DNA of 13,624 nucleotides from a bacterium. GTDB lineage: Bacteria; Patescibacteriota; Patescibacteriia; Patescibacteriales; JALTFF01. The position numbers and the translations under genes were made by a program. Below the pieces are notes generated by a model that worked only from the letters and a program-made list of their open reading frames with translations, was not told the DNA's origin and did not search any database. Location of the stretch: contig JALTFF010000008.1 in NCBI GenBank assembly GCA_027007465.1, positions 1-13,624 of the forward strand, read 5' to 3'. Shown in pieces: positions 1-8,206 of the stretch (position 1 is the stretch's first letter; every line of letters begins with the position of its first letter).

Positions 1-20
1 ATTTGAGATTTAGAATTTAA

Positions 21-3000
21 CTAATTATCTTCATATCCCTTTAACTCAACCTGCTTATTATCTTTTGTAAGTAATTCAACATCTAAAGCTAATCCTTTTA
101 ATTCTCTTACTAAAACATTAAACGATTCTGGCACATTTAATTTTTTAATAGGTTCACCTTTAATAATTGATTCATAAGCCTTACTTCTGCCTGGAACATC
201 GTCTGATTTAATTGTTAAAATTTCTTGTAAAGTATGCGCAGCGCCATAAGATTCTAAAGCCCAAACTTCCATTTCACCAAATCGTTGTCCTCCAAATTGC
301 GCTTTTCCACCTAATGGTTGCTGTGTAATTAATGAATAAGGACCTATAGAACGTTGATGAATTTTATCATCAACCATATGGTTTAATTTTAATATATAAT
401 TAAAGCCAACAGTCACTTTTTGATCAAATTTTTCACCTGTTCTTCCATCATAAAGAGTAAGCTTTCCATCTTCTGAATATCCAGCTCTTTTTAGTTCGCT
501 TTTTATTTTCTCCTCTTTTACTCCATTTAAAGCTGGGCTAGCTACTTTATAGTTTAATTTTTTAGCTGCCAAGCCTAAATGGGTTTCTAAAATTTGACCT
601 AAATTCATTCTAGAAACAACCCCTAATGGTGAAAGTAAAATATCAATTGGAGTTCCATCTTCTAAATAAGGCATATCTTCTACTGGCACTACTTTTGAAA
701 CAACGCCCTTATTCCCATGTCTTCCAGACATTTTATCTCCAACTTGAATCTTTCTTAAATTAGCTATAGTAACTTGAATTGACTTTATTACTCCAGCCGC
801 TAACTTATCCCCATTTTCTCTAGAAAAGACTTTAACATCAATAATTTTACCATGCTCTCCATGCTCTAAGTATAATGAAGAATCTCGCACATCTTTTGCT
901 TTTTCACCAAAAATCGCTCGCAATAATTTTTCTTCTGCGCTTAATTCTGTTTCGCCCTTAGGGGTAATTTTCCCTACTAAAATATCGCCTGAAGAAACCT
1001 CTGCGCCAATTCTTGCAATTCCATTTTCATCTAAATTTTTCAATTTTTCCTCACTAATATTAGGAATATCAGTTGTTACTGTTTCAGGCCCTAATTTAGT
1101 GTCCCTTACTTCAACTGTAAAATCTTCAATATAAATAGAAGTATAAACATCATCTCTTACTAAACGTTGAGAAATTATTACAGCATCCTCATAATTATAA
1201 CCTTCCCATGTCATATAAGCTACTAAAACATTGTTTCCTAAAGCTAGTTCACCTTGTCGCATAGCTGGACCATCTGCTAAAACATCTCCTTTTCTAATTT
1301 TATCTCCTTTATTAATTAATGGCTTTTGGTTAATGCAAGTTGATGCATTTGATCTAAGATATTTATTTAAATTATAATTATCTATCTCTCCATTATCACG
1401 AGTTATCTCAATCTTATTACCTTGTAAAGCAGTCACTTTGCCGCCATTTCTAGCTATAACACTATGTCCAGAGTCCAAAGCTGCTCTTAATTCCATTCCT
1501 GTTCCTACAATAGGAGATTCTGGCTTTATTAAAGGAATTGCTTGACGTTGCATATTTGATCCCATTAAAGCTCTTATTCCATCATCATGTTCAAGAAATG
1601 GTATTAAAGAAGTTGCAACACTAATAATCTGATTAGGGGCTACTGCCATAAAATCAATCTTTTCAACATTTTCAATTGAAGCTGTGCCTTTTTCTCTTAC
1701 ATCTGCTCTTTTATTGATAAAATATCCATCCTTATCAATAGGAGTTGTTGCAATAGTTGTTATATATTTTTCTTCTTCAAAAGCGTCTAAATATACAATT
1801 TCATTAGTAACTATTGGCTTAATAGGAATTGTTTTTAATTCTTTAATTTTTTCTAATTTTTTAGCTTTTTCTTTATTTATTATCTCACCAGCTTTCATTA
1901 TAACTTTTTGCTTTTTTAAGCCCTTTGATTTAATAATTAAATTCTCTCTTAATATTTTTCCTTGAGTAAGCTTTGCCTTATTTTCAATATCATGTAAAAC
2001 GCGGCGATAAGGAGCTTCAATAAATCCATACTCATTGATCCTGGCATAAGTTGCTAAATGGCCAACTAATCCAATATTAGGCCCTTCTGGTGTAGATATA
2101 GGACAAATCCTGCTATAATGGCTTGAATGGACATCACGAACATCAAAGCCAGCCCTTTCTCTTGTTAGGCCTCCTGGGCCCATAGCGCTAAATCTTCTTT
2201 TATGTTCTAATTCTGCTAGAGGATTTGTTTGATCCATAAATTGAGAAAGTTGAAATGACATAAAAAATTCTCTTATTATGCCAATCACTGGCCTAGCATT
2301 AATTAGTTTATTTGGCGTAAGAATATTAGGGTCTAAAGTGCTCATTCTGTCTCTAACAATTCTATTCATCCTTGCTAATCCTACTCTAAGTTTATTCTGA
2401 ACTAATTCGCCTACAGCTCTAATTCTTCTATTGCCTAAATGATCAATGTCGTCTGGATTTTCTTGGCTATTATTTAAACGAATAATTTCTGAAATAATAG
2501 CTACTAAATCCTCTTTATTAAAAATTCTATTTTCCTTTGTGTTAGGAATATTTAAATTAAATCTTTTATTTATTTTATACCTCCCTACTCTGCCAAAGTC
2601 ATAACGGTCAAATCTAAAAAACATTGCATAAATTAGTTGTTCTGCATTGTCTGGAGTGGCTAAATCTCCTGGACGAATTCTTTTATAAACTTCAATTAGC
2701 CCCTCATCTTTATTATGCGCGCTATCTCTGCTTAATGTTGCCTCAATATAGTGATGCTCCTTGTCTGTGTCAACATCTTTAAATAAATTTATAATTTCAT
2801 CATCTGTTTCATAACCAAAAGCTCTTAATAATGAAGTAACAACTATTTTTCTTTTTCTGTCAATTCTCACCCATATTACATCATTTTGATCTGTTTCAAA
2901 CTCTAACCAAGCTCCTCTGTTAGGAATAATTTTTGCTCCATAATAATTACGATTATAAATATTCTGACTATTAAAAAAGACTCCAGCTGATCTAATCAAC

Positions 3001-3401
3001 TGGGGAACAATCACTCTTTCTATTCCATTAACAATAAAAGTTCCTCTTTCTGTCATTAAAGGAAAATCACCTAAAAATATTTCTTGAGAAATTTCTTTAC
3101 CTATTTTTTTATTAATTAATTTTGCCTCTACTCTTAATGGCGCTTCATAAGTAATATTTTTGAATTTACTTGCTGTTTCATCAAACTTTGGTTCGTCTAA
3201 ATAATAGTCCAAAAAATAAAGCTCTAAACTGCGATTTATAAAATCCTTTACAGGAGAAATCTCATCAAACAATTCTCTAAGGCCCTTTTGCATAAACCAT
3301 TGATAAGATTTTTTTTGAGTTTCAATTAAATCTGGAAATTCCATAATTGGCTTTTGCCCACCTAAATTTTTTCTTTTGTTTTGAATAGTAGAAAAATGCA
3401 T
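21..3401 (-). CDS. rpoB: DNA-directed RNA polymerase beta subunit. The ORF track starts at a TTG at 3413; the ATG at 3401 is preferred.
   Basis: From the ATG at 3401 the N-terminus MHFSTIQNKRKNLGGQKPIMEFPDL aligns residue-for-residue with E. coli RpoB [28 protein letters not shown]. Universal RpoB blocks are present: GTFIVNGIERVIV, FMDQTNPL, the rifampicin region HKRRFSAMGPGGL, NMQRQA, GDKMSGRHGNKGVVSK and QRFGEMEVWALE. The stop TAG (reverse complement of cta) is at 21-23. Confidence 0.95.
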   Translation of the reverse strand: MHFSTIQNKRKNLGGQKPIMEFPDLIETQKKSYQWFMQKGLRELFDEISPVKDFINRSLELYFLDYYLDEPKFDETASKFKNITYEAPLRVEAKLINKKIGKEISQEIFLGDFPLMTERGTFIVNGIERVIVPQLIRSAGVFFNSQNIYNRNYYGAKIIPNRGAWLEFETDQNDVIWVRIDRKRKIVVTSLLRAFGYETDDEIINLFKDVDTDKEHHYIEATLSRDSAHNKDEGLIEVYKRIRPGDLATPDNAEQLIYAMFFRFDRYDFGRVGRYKINKRFNLNIPNTKENRIFNKEDLVAIISEIIRLNNSQENPDDIDHLGNRRIRAVGELVQNKLRVGLARMNRIVRDRMSTLDPNILTPNKLINARPVIGIIREFFMSFQLSQFMDQTNPLAELEHKRRFSAMGPGGLTRERAGFDVRDVHSSHYSRICPISTPEGPNIGLVGHLATYARINEYGFIEAPYRRVLHDIENKAKLTQGKILRENLIIKSKGLKKQKVIMKAGEIINKEKAKKLEKIKELKTIPIKPIVTNEIVYLDAFEEEKYITTIATTPIDKDGYFINKRADVREKGTASIENVEKIDFMAVAPNQIISVATSLIPFLEHDDGIRALMGSNMQRQAIPLIKPESPIVGTGMELRAALDSGHSVIARNGGKVTALQGNKIEITRDNGEIDNYNLNKYLRSNASTCINQKPLINKGDKIRKGDVLADGPAMRQGELALGNNVLVAYMTWEGYNYEDAVIISQRLVRDDVYTSIYIEDFTVEVRDTKLGPETVTTDIPNISEEKLKNLDENGIARIGAEVSSGDILVGKITPKGETELSAEEKLLRAIFGEKAKDVRDSSLYLEHGEHGKIIDVKVFSRENGDKLAAGVIKSIQVTIANLRKIQVGDKMSGRHGNKGVVSKVVPVEDMPYLEDGTPIDILLSPLGVVSRMNLGQILETHLGLAAKKLNYKVASPALNGVKEEKIKSELKRAGYSEDGKLTLYDGRTGEKFDQKVTVGFNYILKLNHMVDDKIHQRSIGPYSLITQQPLGGKAQFGGQRFGEMEVWALESYGAAHTLQEILTIKSDDVPGRSKAYESIIKGEPIKKLNVPESFNVLVRELKGLALDVELLTKDNKQVELKGYEDN

Positions 3402-3418
3402 AAATAATAACAAAAAAT

Positions 3419-3439
3419 CTCGTTTTTTTATTAAACGAG
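3419..3439 (-). promoter_or_regulatory. Hairpin plus U-run in the rpoB 5' leader, attenuator-like.
   Basis: ctcgttt (3419-3425) pairs with aaacgag (3433-3439) around a 7-nt loop. On the minus strand it is followed directly by T6 (plus-strand a6 at 3412-3417), which abuts the rpoB start. The stem is only 7 bp and AU-rich, so it is weak. Confidence 0.3.
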
Positions 3440-3563
3440 TTAATTATTTTTTATAAAAACTATATATTTTGCATTTAATTTTAATAAGCTTACTAACTTG
3501 AGATAGATTCTAAAAATCATTAAAAACTCAAATTAGATATGCAATAAAATAGTATTTATTAGG

Positions 3564-3592
3564 ATTATAAACTACATTTTAAATTTTGTCAA
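3564..3592 (-). promoter_or_regulatory. Consensus sigma70-type promoter facing rpoB.
   Basis: On the minus strand, TTGACA (reverse complement of 3587-3592 tgtcaa) is followed by an exact 17-nt spacer and then TATAAT (reverse complement of 3564-3569 attata). The predicted TSS is near 3557, giving a leader of about 150 nt to the rpoB ATG. Confidence 0.45.
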
Positions 3593-3624
3593 GTTTTTAG
3601 CAAGAAATGATGATTTGTCTTTAG

Positions 3625-4626
3625 TCAACTATATGTGTTATGTGGAATAAAACTAGCTTCAAATGCCCAATCATTGCATTGCTTAATTTGCCTTGGAGTT
3701 AAAATTCCAGCTTTTCTAAGCAATTCTTGTTCTTTAAAAATATTTGTTCTATACATTTCAGGTCCATCTGTATTGATGGTAAATTTTATATTATTATCTA
3801 AATAAGTTTTAATAATTTTCCCCATTTCTGTTAAATTCTTAACTTTACTATTTCTTAAATTTGAACTTACACATGTTTCTAAAACAATATCATTTTTTAC
3901 AATTTGCTTCATTAAATTTTTATCTTTAACGCATAACAATCCATGGCCAATGCGATCAGGATTGATTTCATTTACAATATAGCGCATTTCTGCTAAACTT
4001 CCTTCTTCTCCAGTATGAATAGTTGTGCCAAGTCCATAATTTTTAGCTTTATCAAATAAACTCTTATAATCTCTTATATTAAAATCTCTTTTTTGTGGCC
4101 CTGCTAAGTCAATACCAATAACACCACGATTTTTATATTTAATAGCTTTTTCTAAAATTATTTTATTTTCTCTTAAAGATAATGTTCTGTCCATCATTAA
4201 AATAATACCAGCTTTAACTTTTGGATATTCTAACACTGCTTCATCCATGCCTCTTACAGCTGCCATAATAATATGGTCTAAATCTTTCTTTCCTTTATGA
4301 TTTCTAAACATTGGATTAAAACGTAATTCTTGAAGAACTAAATTGCATTTACGATAACCTCCGCCTATAATTGATTTTACTGACATTTCTACAGCATAAG
4401 GAGATGACTGGATTAACTCTGTCCAATAATAAAATCTATTATGCAATTCTTTAATATTTTTATTCTTTTCATTCTCGTCAATGGTAACTAAATCTTCAAA
4501 ATCCCAATAATCTTTACTTGGCAATTTAATACCCTGATAATGAGCGAGGCTCCATAAAATAGGCGGATCAACTGCTCCACCTAAATGAGTATGCAGTTCA
4601 GCTCTTGGAATGCTAATTCTTTTCAT
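3625..4626 (-). CDS. Adenosine/AMP/adenine deaminase-family metallo-amidohydrolase.
   Basis: The ADA-family signature motifs are present: ELHTHLGG (HxH metal ligands), IHTGEEG (HAGE-type His and catalytic Glu), RIGHGLL, and TINTDGPEMY (the SLNTDDP motif). Two normally conserved Asp are Gly here (HLGG rather than HLDG; TDG rather than TDD). The TGA stop is at 3625-3627. The start is 6 nt after the IMPDH stop. Confidence 0.85.
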   Translation of the reverse strand: MKRISIPRAELHTHLGGAVDPPILWSLAHYQGIKLPSKDYWDFEDLVTIDENEKNKNIKELHNRFYYWTELIQSSPYAVEMSVKSIIGGGYRKCNLVLQELRFNPMFRNHKGKKDLDHIIMAAVRGMDEAVLEYPKVKAGIILMMDRTLSLRENKIILEKAIKYKNRGVIGIDLAGPQKRDFNIRDYKSLFDKAKNYGLGTTIHTGEEGSLAEMRYIVNEINPDRIGHGLLCVKDKNLMKQIVKNDIVLETCVSSNLRNSKVKNLTEMGKIIKTYLDNNIKFTINTDGPEMYRTNIFKEQELLRKAGILTPRQIKQCNDWAFEASFIPHNTYS

Positions 4627-4632
4627 ATAAAT

Positions 4633-5709
4633 TTAACTCTTAAAAATTACAGTATGTGGCTGAGATTCAGCTCTTCCAGCAGAAGTAATTTGAATAAAAT
4701 GCGCTTGCTTTGGCATTTGGCTAATATTTTTTGCTCCAATATATCCCATACCAGCTTTTAATCCGCCTACTAATTGGTAAATCACTTCGCCGACTTTTCC
4801 TTTATAAGGTAATATACCCTTTATCCCTTCTGGAACATATTTTTTAGCTCCTTCTTGAAAATATCTATCAGCGCTTTTATTTTTATTCATTGCGCCCAAA
4901 GAACCCATGCCTCTATATACCTTATAGTCCTTGTCCTGAATCTTTATTCTTTTTCCTGGCGCTTCTTCTGTGCCAGCTAATAATGATCCTAACATTACTG
5001 CTTGCGCTCCAGCTGCTAATGATTTTACAATATCACCACTATATCTTATTCCACCATCTGCGATTACAGGAACATTTTTAGTTTTTGCAATTTTTACAAC
5101 ATCCATAATGGCTGTTAATTGAGGAACGCCAATTCCTGCTACTAATCTTGTTGTGCATATTGAGCCAGGCCCTATTCCAACTTTTATTCCATCTACAAAA
5201 TTTATTAAGTCTTTAGCAGCTTGAGCAGTGGCAATATTTCCTACAATTAACTCTGCTTTTCCAATTATTTTTTTAATTTTTTTAGCATCTTCTATTACTT
5301 GAATATTGTGAGCATGAGCGCAGTCTATAAAAATAATATCAACACCAGCTTTGCTTAATATCTTTGCTCGCTTAATATCATGAGGGCCTACAGCAGCGCC
5401 TATTAATAATTTTTTACCTGAATAAGTAAACTTTTCTTTTTTAACATTTTCTACCATTTCTAATTGTTCTTCAATTTCGCAATTTCTATGCAGCACACCT
5501 AAACCTCCTAACTTGCCAACTGCAATTGCCATATCGCTTTCTGTCACAGTATCCATTGCAGCTGAAATTATTGGAATATCAAGTTTTATTCTTTTTGTTA
5601 AATTTGTTTGAATATTTGCTTGGCTTGGTATTATTGAAGATTTCATTGGCTCAAGCAAAACATCATCAAATGTTAAACCTAATCTAATTTCTTTTTTTGT
5701 ATAATTCAT
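4633..5709 (-). CDS. guaB: IMP dehydrogenase, catalytic core only; it naturally lacks the CBS/Bateman subdomain.
   Basis: [11 protein letters not shown]-terminus. Catalytic-Cys loop [11 protein letters not shown]. Flap [26 protein letters not shown] with the IMPDH-specific Arg-Tyr dyad, which argues against GMP reductase. The CBS pair of about 120 aa is replaced by the short linker [20 protein letters not shown]. Confidence 0.85.
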   Translation of the reverse strand: MNYTKKEIRLGLTFDDVLLEPMKSSIIPSQANIQTNLTKRIKLDIPIISAAMDTVTESDMAIAVGKLGGLGVLHRNCEIEEQLEMVENVKKEKFTYSGKKLLIGAAVGPHDIKRAKILSKAGVDIIFIDCAHAHNIQVIEDAKKIKKIIGKAELIVGNIATAQAAKDLINFVDGIKVGIGPGSICTTRLVAGIGVPQLTAIMDVVKIAKTKNVPVIADGGIRYSGDIVKSLAAGAQAVMLGSLLAGTEEAPGKRIKIQDKDYKVYRGMGSLGAMNKNKSADRYFQEGAKKYVPEGIKGILPYKGKVGEVIYQLVGGLKAGMGYIGAKNISQMPKQAHFIQITSAGRAESQPHTVIFKS

Positions 5710-6520
5710 AAGTATTTCTTAAAGCTGCTATTACTGTGATTGGCCCAACCCCGCCTGGAACTGGTGTAATCCAGCTAGCTATTTTTTTTGCTTTTGCAAA
5801 ATCAACATCTCCTATAATTTTATTATTCATTTTATTTATTCCAACATCTATAATTATAGCATTGTTCTTTATCATTTTTGATTTTATAATTTTAGATTTT
5901 CCTATTAAGCTAATTAAAATGTCAGCTCTATGTACTTCTTCTTGCCAATTATTAGTTTTTAAATTAACAATTTTAACTATACAATCTTTTTTTTCTAATA
6001 AAAATTTTAATAGTTTTGTAAAATTTTCATTTTTCCCAAATATCACTACTATCTTATTTTTTATTTTTCTATCTGTTTTCTTAATAAGCTCAAATATTGC
6101 AACTATAGTTGGTGGAATAATTGCTTGTTCATTATTATATATTTTTTTAAAATTAAGCTGGCTTAATCCTTCAACATCTTTTTCAAGAATAATTGATTTT
6201 ATGATTTTATCAGTTTTATAATTTTTAGGCAAGGGCAATTGAAGAATAATTCCATTTGTTTGGCTATCTTTATTTAATATTTTTATTCTTTTTAAGATTT
6301 CATCTTCACTAAAATTTTTATAATATAAAAATTTAAAAAAATTAAATCCAATTTCTTGAGATAGCTTTTCTAAATTATTAGTATAAATTTTGCTTGCATT
6401 GTCTTTGCCAATTAAAATAACAGCTAAGCCTGGCTTATGGTTTAACTTATATATTTTTTGTTTTAATTGTTTTTTTATTTTATCAGCAATTTTATTGCCA
6501 TTTAATATTTTAGCTATCAT
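5684..6520 (-). CDS. folD: Bifunctional 5,10-methylene-THF dehydrogenase / methenyl-THF cyclohydrolase.
   Basis: ILNGNKIADKIKKQL N-terminus, GLAVILIG, ILQLPLP, and C-terminal TPVPGGVGPITVIAALRNT, all classic FolD blocks. The gene overlaps the guaB start by 26 nt. Confidence 0.9.
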   Translation of the reverse strand: MIAKILNGNKIADKIKKQLKQKIYKLNHKPGLAVILIGKDNASKIYTNNLEKLSQEIGFNFFKFLYYKNFSEDEILKRIKILNKDSQTNGIILQLPLPKNYKTDKIIKSIILEKDVEGLSQLNFKKIYNNEQAIIPPTIVAIFELIKKTDRKIKNKIVVIFGKNENFTKLLKFLLEKKDCIVKIVNLKTNNWQEEVHRADILISLIGKSKIIKSKMIKNNAIIIDVGINKMNNKIIGDVDFAKAKKIASWITPVPGGVGPITVIAALRNTYELYKKRN

Positions 6521-6580
6521 TTTTAATTATACTAACACAATAAAGGAGCTTAGCTTATTTAGCAATTCCTCTATTTTAAA

Positions 6581-6967
6581 CTATCTACTCACTAATGTTT
6601 TTAAAATAAAATAAACTAAAGTATAACTAGTAAAAATTATCACTAAACCTATTGTTGCCCAAATTAAAATATTTTTACCCTTTGTTACACTTTCAACGTT
6701 TCCACTAGCAGTCATCCAAACAAACCCGCCATAAATAAAAATAACAAGAGCTAATGAACCAACCAATCCTAAAATCGCTTTAATAACTAAACCAATAAGA
6801 ACGCGAGGATCAGCATTATTTAGTCCAAGTGGATTATCAAGATGAGTTAAATTATCTTCTGCAACTCCTGAGCCTCCAGAATGTTGAGCTAAAATAGAAT
6901 TGCCAGAAAATATAAAAACGCTAATTAAAGCAATTATTAATATTAATTTCTTGTAGTTTTTATTCAT
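6581..6967 (-). CDS. Small secreted or membrane protein resembling TrbC/VirB2-family (T4SS-type) pilin. The start is moved to the ATG at 6967.
   Basis: From the ATG at 6967 the product has a signal peptide MNKNYKKLILIIALISVFIFSGNSILA|Q followed by two hydrophobic helices flanking a short basic loop: IFIYGGFVWMTASGNVESVTKGKNILIWATIGLVIIF. This pattern is recalled from memory of CPR/Firmicute TrbC/VirB2-like pilins. The track start at 7003 is a TTG that lies inside the terminator hairpin. Confidence 0.55.
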   Translation of the reverse strand: MNKNYKKLILIIALISVFIFSGNSILAQHSGGSGVAEDNLTHLDNPLGLNNADPRVLIGLVIKAILGLVGSLALVIFIYGGFVWMTASGNVESVTKGKNILIWATIGLVIIFTSYTLVYFILKTLVSR

Positions 6968-6986
6968 ATAACATATTATAACTATT

Positions 6987-7020
6987 AAAAATAAAAAAGG
7001 CAAACTTTTATAAGCTTGCC
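6987..7020 (-). terminator. Rho-independent terminator closing the SPFH operon.
   Basis: The minus-strand RNA reads GGCAAGCUU-AUAA-AAGUUUGCC, a 9-bp stem including one G.U pair with a 4-nt loop (plus strand 6999-7020). It is followed by UUUUUUAUUUUU (plus-strand a-run 6987-6998). It lies 18 nt after the stop of the 258-aa gene at 7038. Confidence 0.6.
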
Positions 7021-7037
7021 AAAATATCTAATTTTCA

Positions 7038-7814
7038 TTAGTTTATTCGCCATACTTTCAATATTATAACCTTCTTCCCTCCTCCTTCTACCTTTTTTAC
7101 AGCTATTTTAAAAATAACTGATTTTTTATTTGGAAATCTTATAAACTTTTTTCTTCCATTAAAAGTGTATTTCTCTCCATCCCAGAACCAAATCTCCCAA
7201 TTATCAGCAGTTGGAGACCATATATCATAATAATGGCCAGGAGGAATTTTTATCCAATCAGTCATTTCTCCAGCTGATAATTTAATTTTATATGTGCCAG
7301 TTCTTTTTTCAATATAATCATAACTATAATTACCTGGCACAAAATATGTTTTCTGTTTATTTTTCTTTTTTGCAATTATCGCCTTCTCTATTCCTTGTAG
7401 TGTGGAATATTTTGGAGCAATAGCTGATAGTGCCAATAGTATTCCAGCAATTATAGCAAGTAAAAGCCATGAATGTTTTATTGGCTCCATGTTTATACTT
7501 TCGCCTGATATGAATTTTGTTAAAATCATACCAAGTATGAACAGCCAGAATAAAACAAACCAAATATCAGTTGGCGTCCATTTTTTAATTGAAAACTCTA
7601 TGCCAAAAAAGTTTAGAACCAATATAGATGAAACTATTAATCCTATAAATGTTACTACAATTAAGAAGAATGAAAAAAATTGAGGTTGAAAATAGCCTTT
7701 TTCTTCTTTTTTTTCCTTATCCTTTCTGTCGCCACTATTAATTCTTGCTATTAGCAGAATTACTGCTGCTATTATTGCAAGAACTAATAATATATACCTT
7801 ATAATTTCTACCAT
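7038..7814 (-). CDS. Membrane protein with four predicted N-terminal TM helices and a beta-rich, Trp/Tyr-rich soluble C-terminal domain of about 125 aa. Function unknown; possibly an NfeD-like partner of the SPFH protein.
   Basis: Strong RBS: AAATAGGAGGAGAAT precedes the ATG at 7814. Hydrophobic segments ILLVLAIIAAVILLIA, FFSFFLIVVTFIGLIVSSILVL, IWFVLFWLFILGMIL and WLLLAIIAGILLALSAI. C-terminal domain: ...WIKIPPGHYYDIWSPTADNWEIWFWDGEKYTF... Confidence 0.7.
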   Translation of the reverse strand: MVEIIRYILLVLAIIAAVILLIARINSGDRKDKEKKEEKGYFQPQFFSFFLIVVTFIGLIVSSILVLNFFGIEFSIKKWTPTDIWFVLFWLFILGMILTKFISGESINMEPIKHSWLLLAIIAGILLALSAIAPKYSTLQGIEKAIIAKKKNKQKTYFVPGNYSYDYIEKRTGTYKIKLSAGEMTDWIKIPPGHYYDIWSPTADNWEIWFWDGEKYTFNGRKKFIRFPNKKSVIFKIAVKKVEGGGKKVIILKVWRIN

Positions 7815-8206
7815 GATTCTCCTCCTATTTTAATTATCATAGGCTTTAACATCTCATAAGCCTCTATCATAATAAAAATAATTAGCAGGAACAATACCAA
7901 TAACATAGTGCTCCTAATAACTATCTTCTCCCAATCCATCATTGGGGTCTCTCCTCTTAGCATCTTTTCGTGGCTCCTCATCCTCTCTTTAACATAGAAC
8001 AGTTCACTGTCTATGTCATTCAAGGTGCACAGGCCCCAAACTCCAAGTAAACAAAGAACAAACAAAATAAAATCAATTACTTTAATTACTTTACTACCAA
8101 AAAGCCAAAATGCCAAGGATATCACTAAGATAATAAATATAATATGCTTATAATATCTATAAACATATTTGCCATATATCTCTTTAATCTTTTTTATCTT
8201 TTTCAT
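7808..8206 (-). CDS. Small membrane protein with three predicted TM helices, function unknown. The start is moved to the ATG at 8206.
   Basis: The ATG at 8206 is preceded by AAGAGGGAAAAAA (SD AGAGGGA). The track start at 8242 is a TTG without an SD. Helices IIFIILVISLAFWLF, FILFVLCLLGVWGL and LLVLFLLIIFIMI. The gene overlaps the SPFH stop by 23 nt and the downstream start by 7 nt, so the three are translationally coupled. Confidence 0.6.
   Translation of the reverse strand: MKKIKKIKEIYGKYVYRYYKHIIFIILVISLAFWLFGSKVIKVIDFILFVLCLLGVWGLCTLNDIDSELFYVKERMRSHEKMLRGETPMMDWEKIVIRSTMLLVLFLLIIFIMIEAYEMLKPMIIKIGGESW

Noticed and set aside
1684-1965. 93-aa plus-strand ORF inside rpoB.
   Set aside because: It is antisense to a strongly supported rpoB. 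Its translation is low-complexity and hydrophobic (Ile/Phe/Leu-rich), typical of shadow ORFs in AT-rich DNA.
3402-3413. TTG at 3413 as the rpoB start (ORF-track start).
   Set aside because: The ATG at 3401 gives an N-terminus that aligns 1:1 with E. coli RpoB. The TTG would sit inside the U-run of the leader hairpin.
4890-5081. 63-aa plus-strand ORF inside guaB.
   Set aside because: It is antisense to IMPDH, is Leu-rich and low-complexity, and has no RBS.
5736-6221. 161-aa plus-strand ORF inside folD.
   Set aside because: It is antisense to folD. Its Ile/Phe-rich composition reflects AT bias, and it has no start context.
6390-6614. 74-aa plus-strand ORF spanning the folD start and the pilin 3' end.
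   Set aside because: It overlaps two supported minus-strand genes and is low-complexity and hydrophobic.
6968-7003. TTG at 7003 as the pilin start (ORF-track start).
   Set aside because: It lies inside the terminator stem at 6999-7020. The ATG at 6967 yields a canonical signal peptide and is preceded by a -10 element.
7357-7683. Two nested ORFs (68 aa minus strand, 93 aa plus strand) inside the 258-aa membrane protein gene.
   Set aside because: They are shadow or alternative-frame ORFs of a gene that has a strong GGAGG RBS. No independent signals were found.
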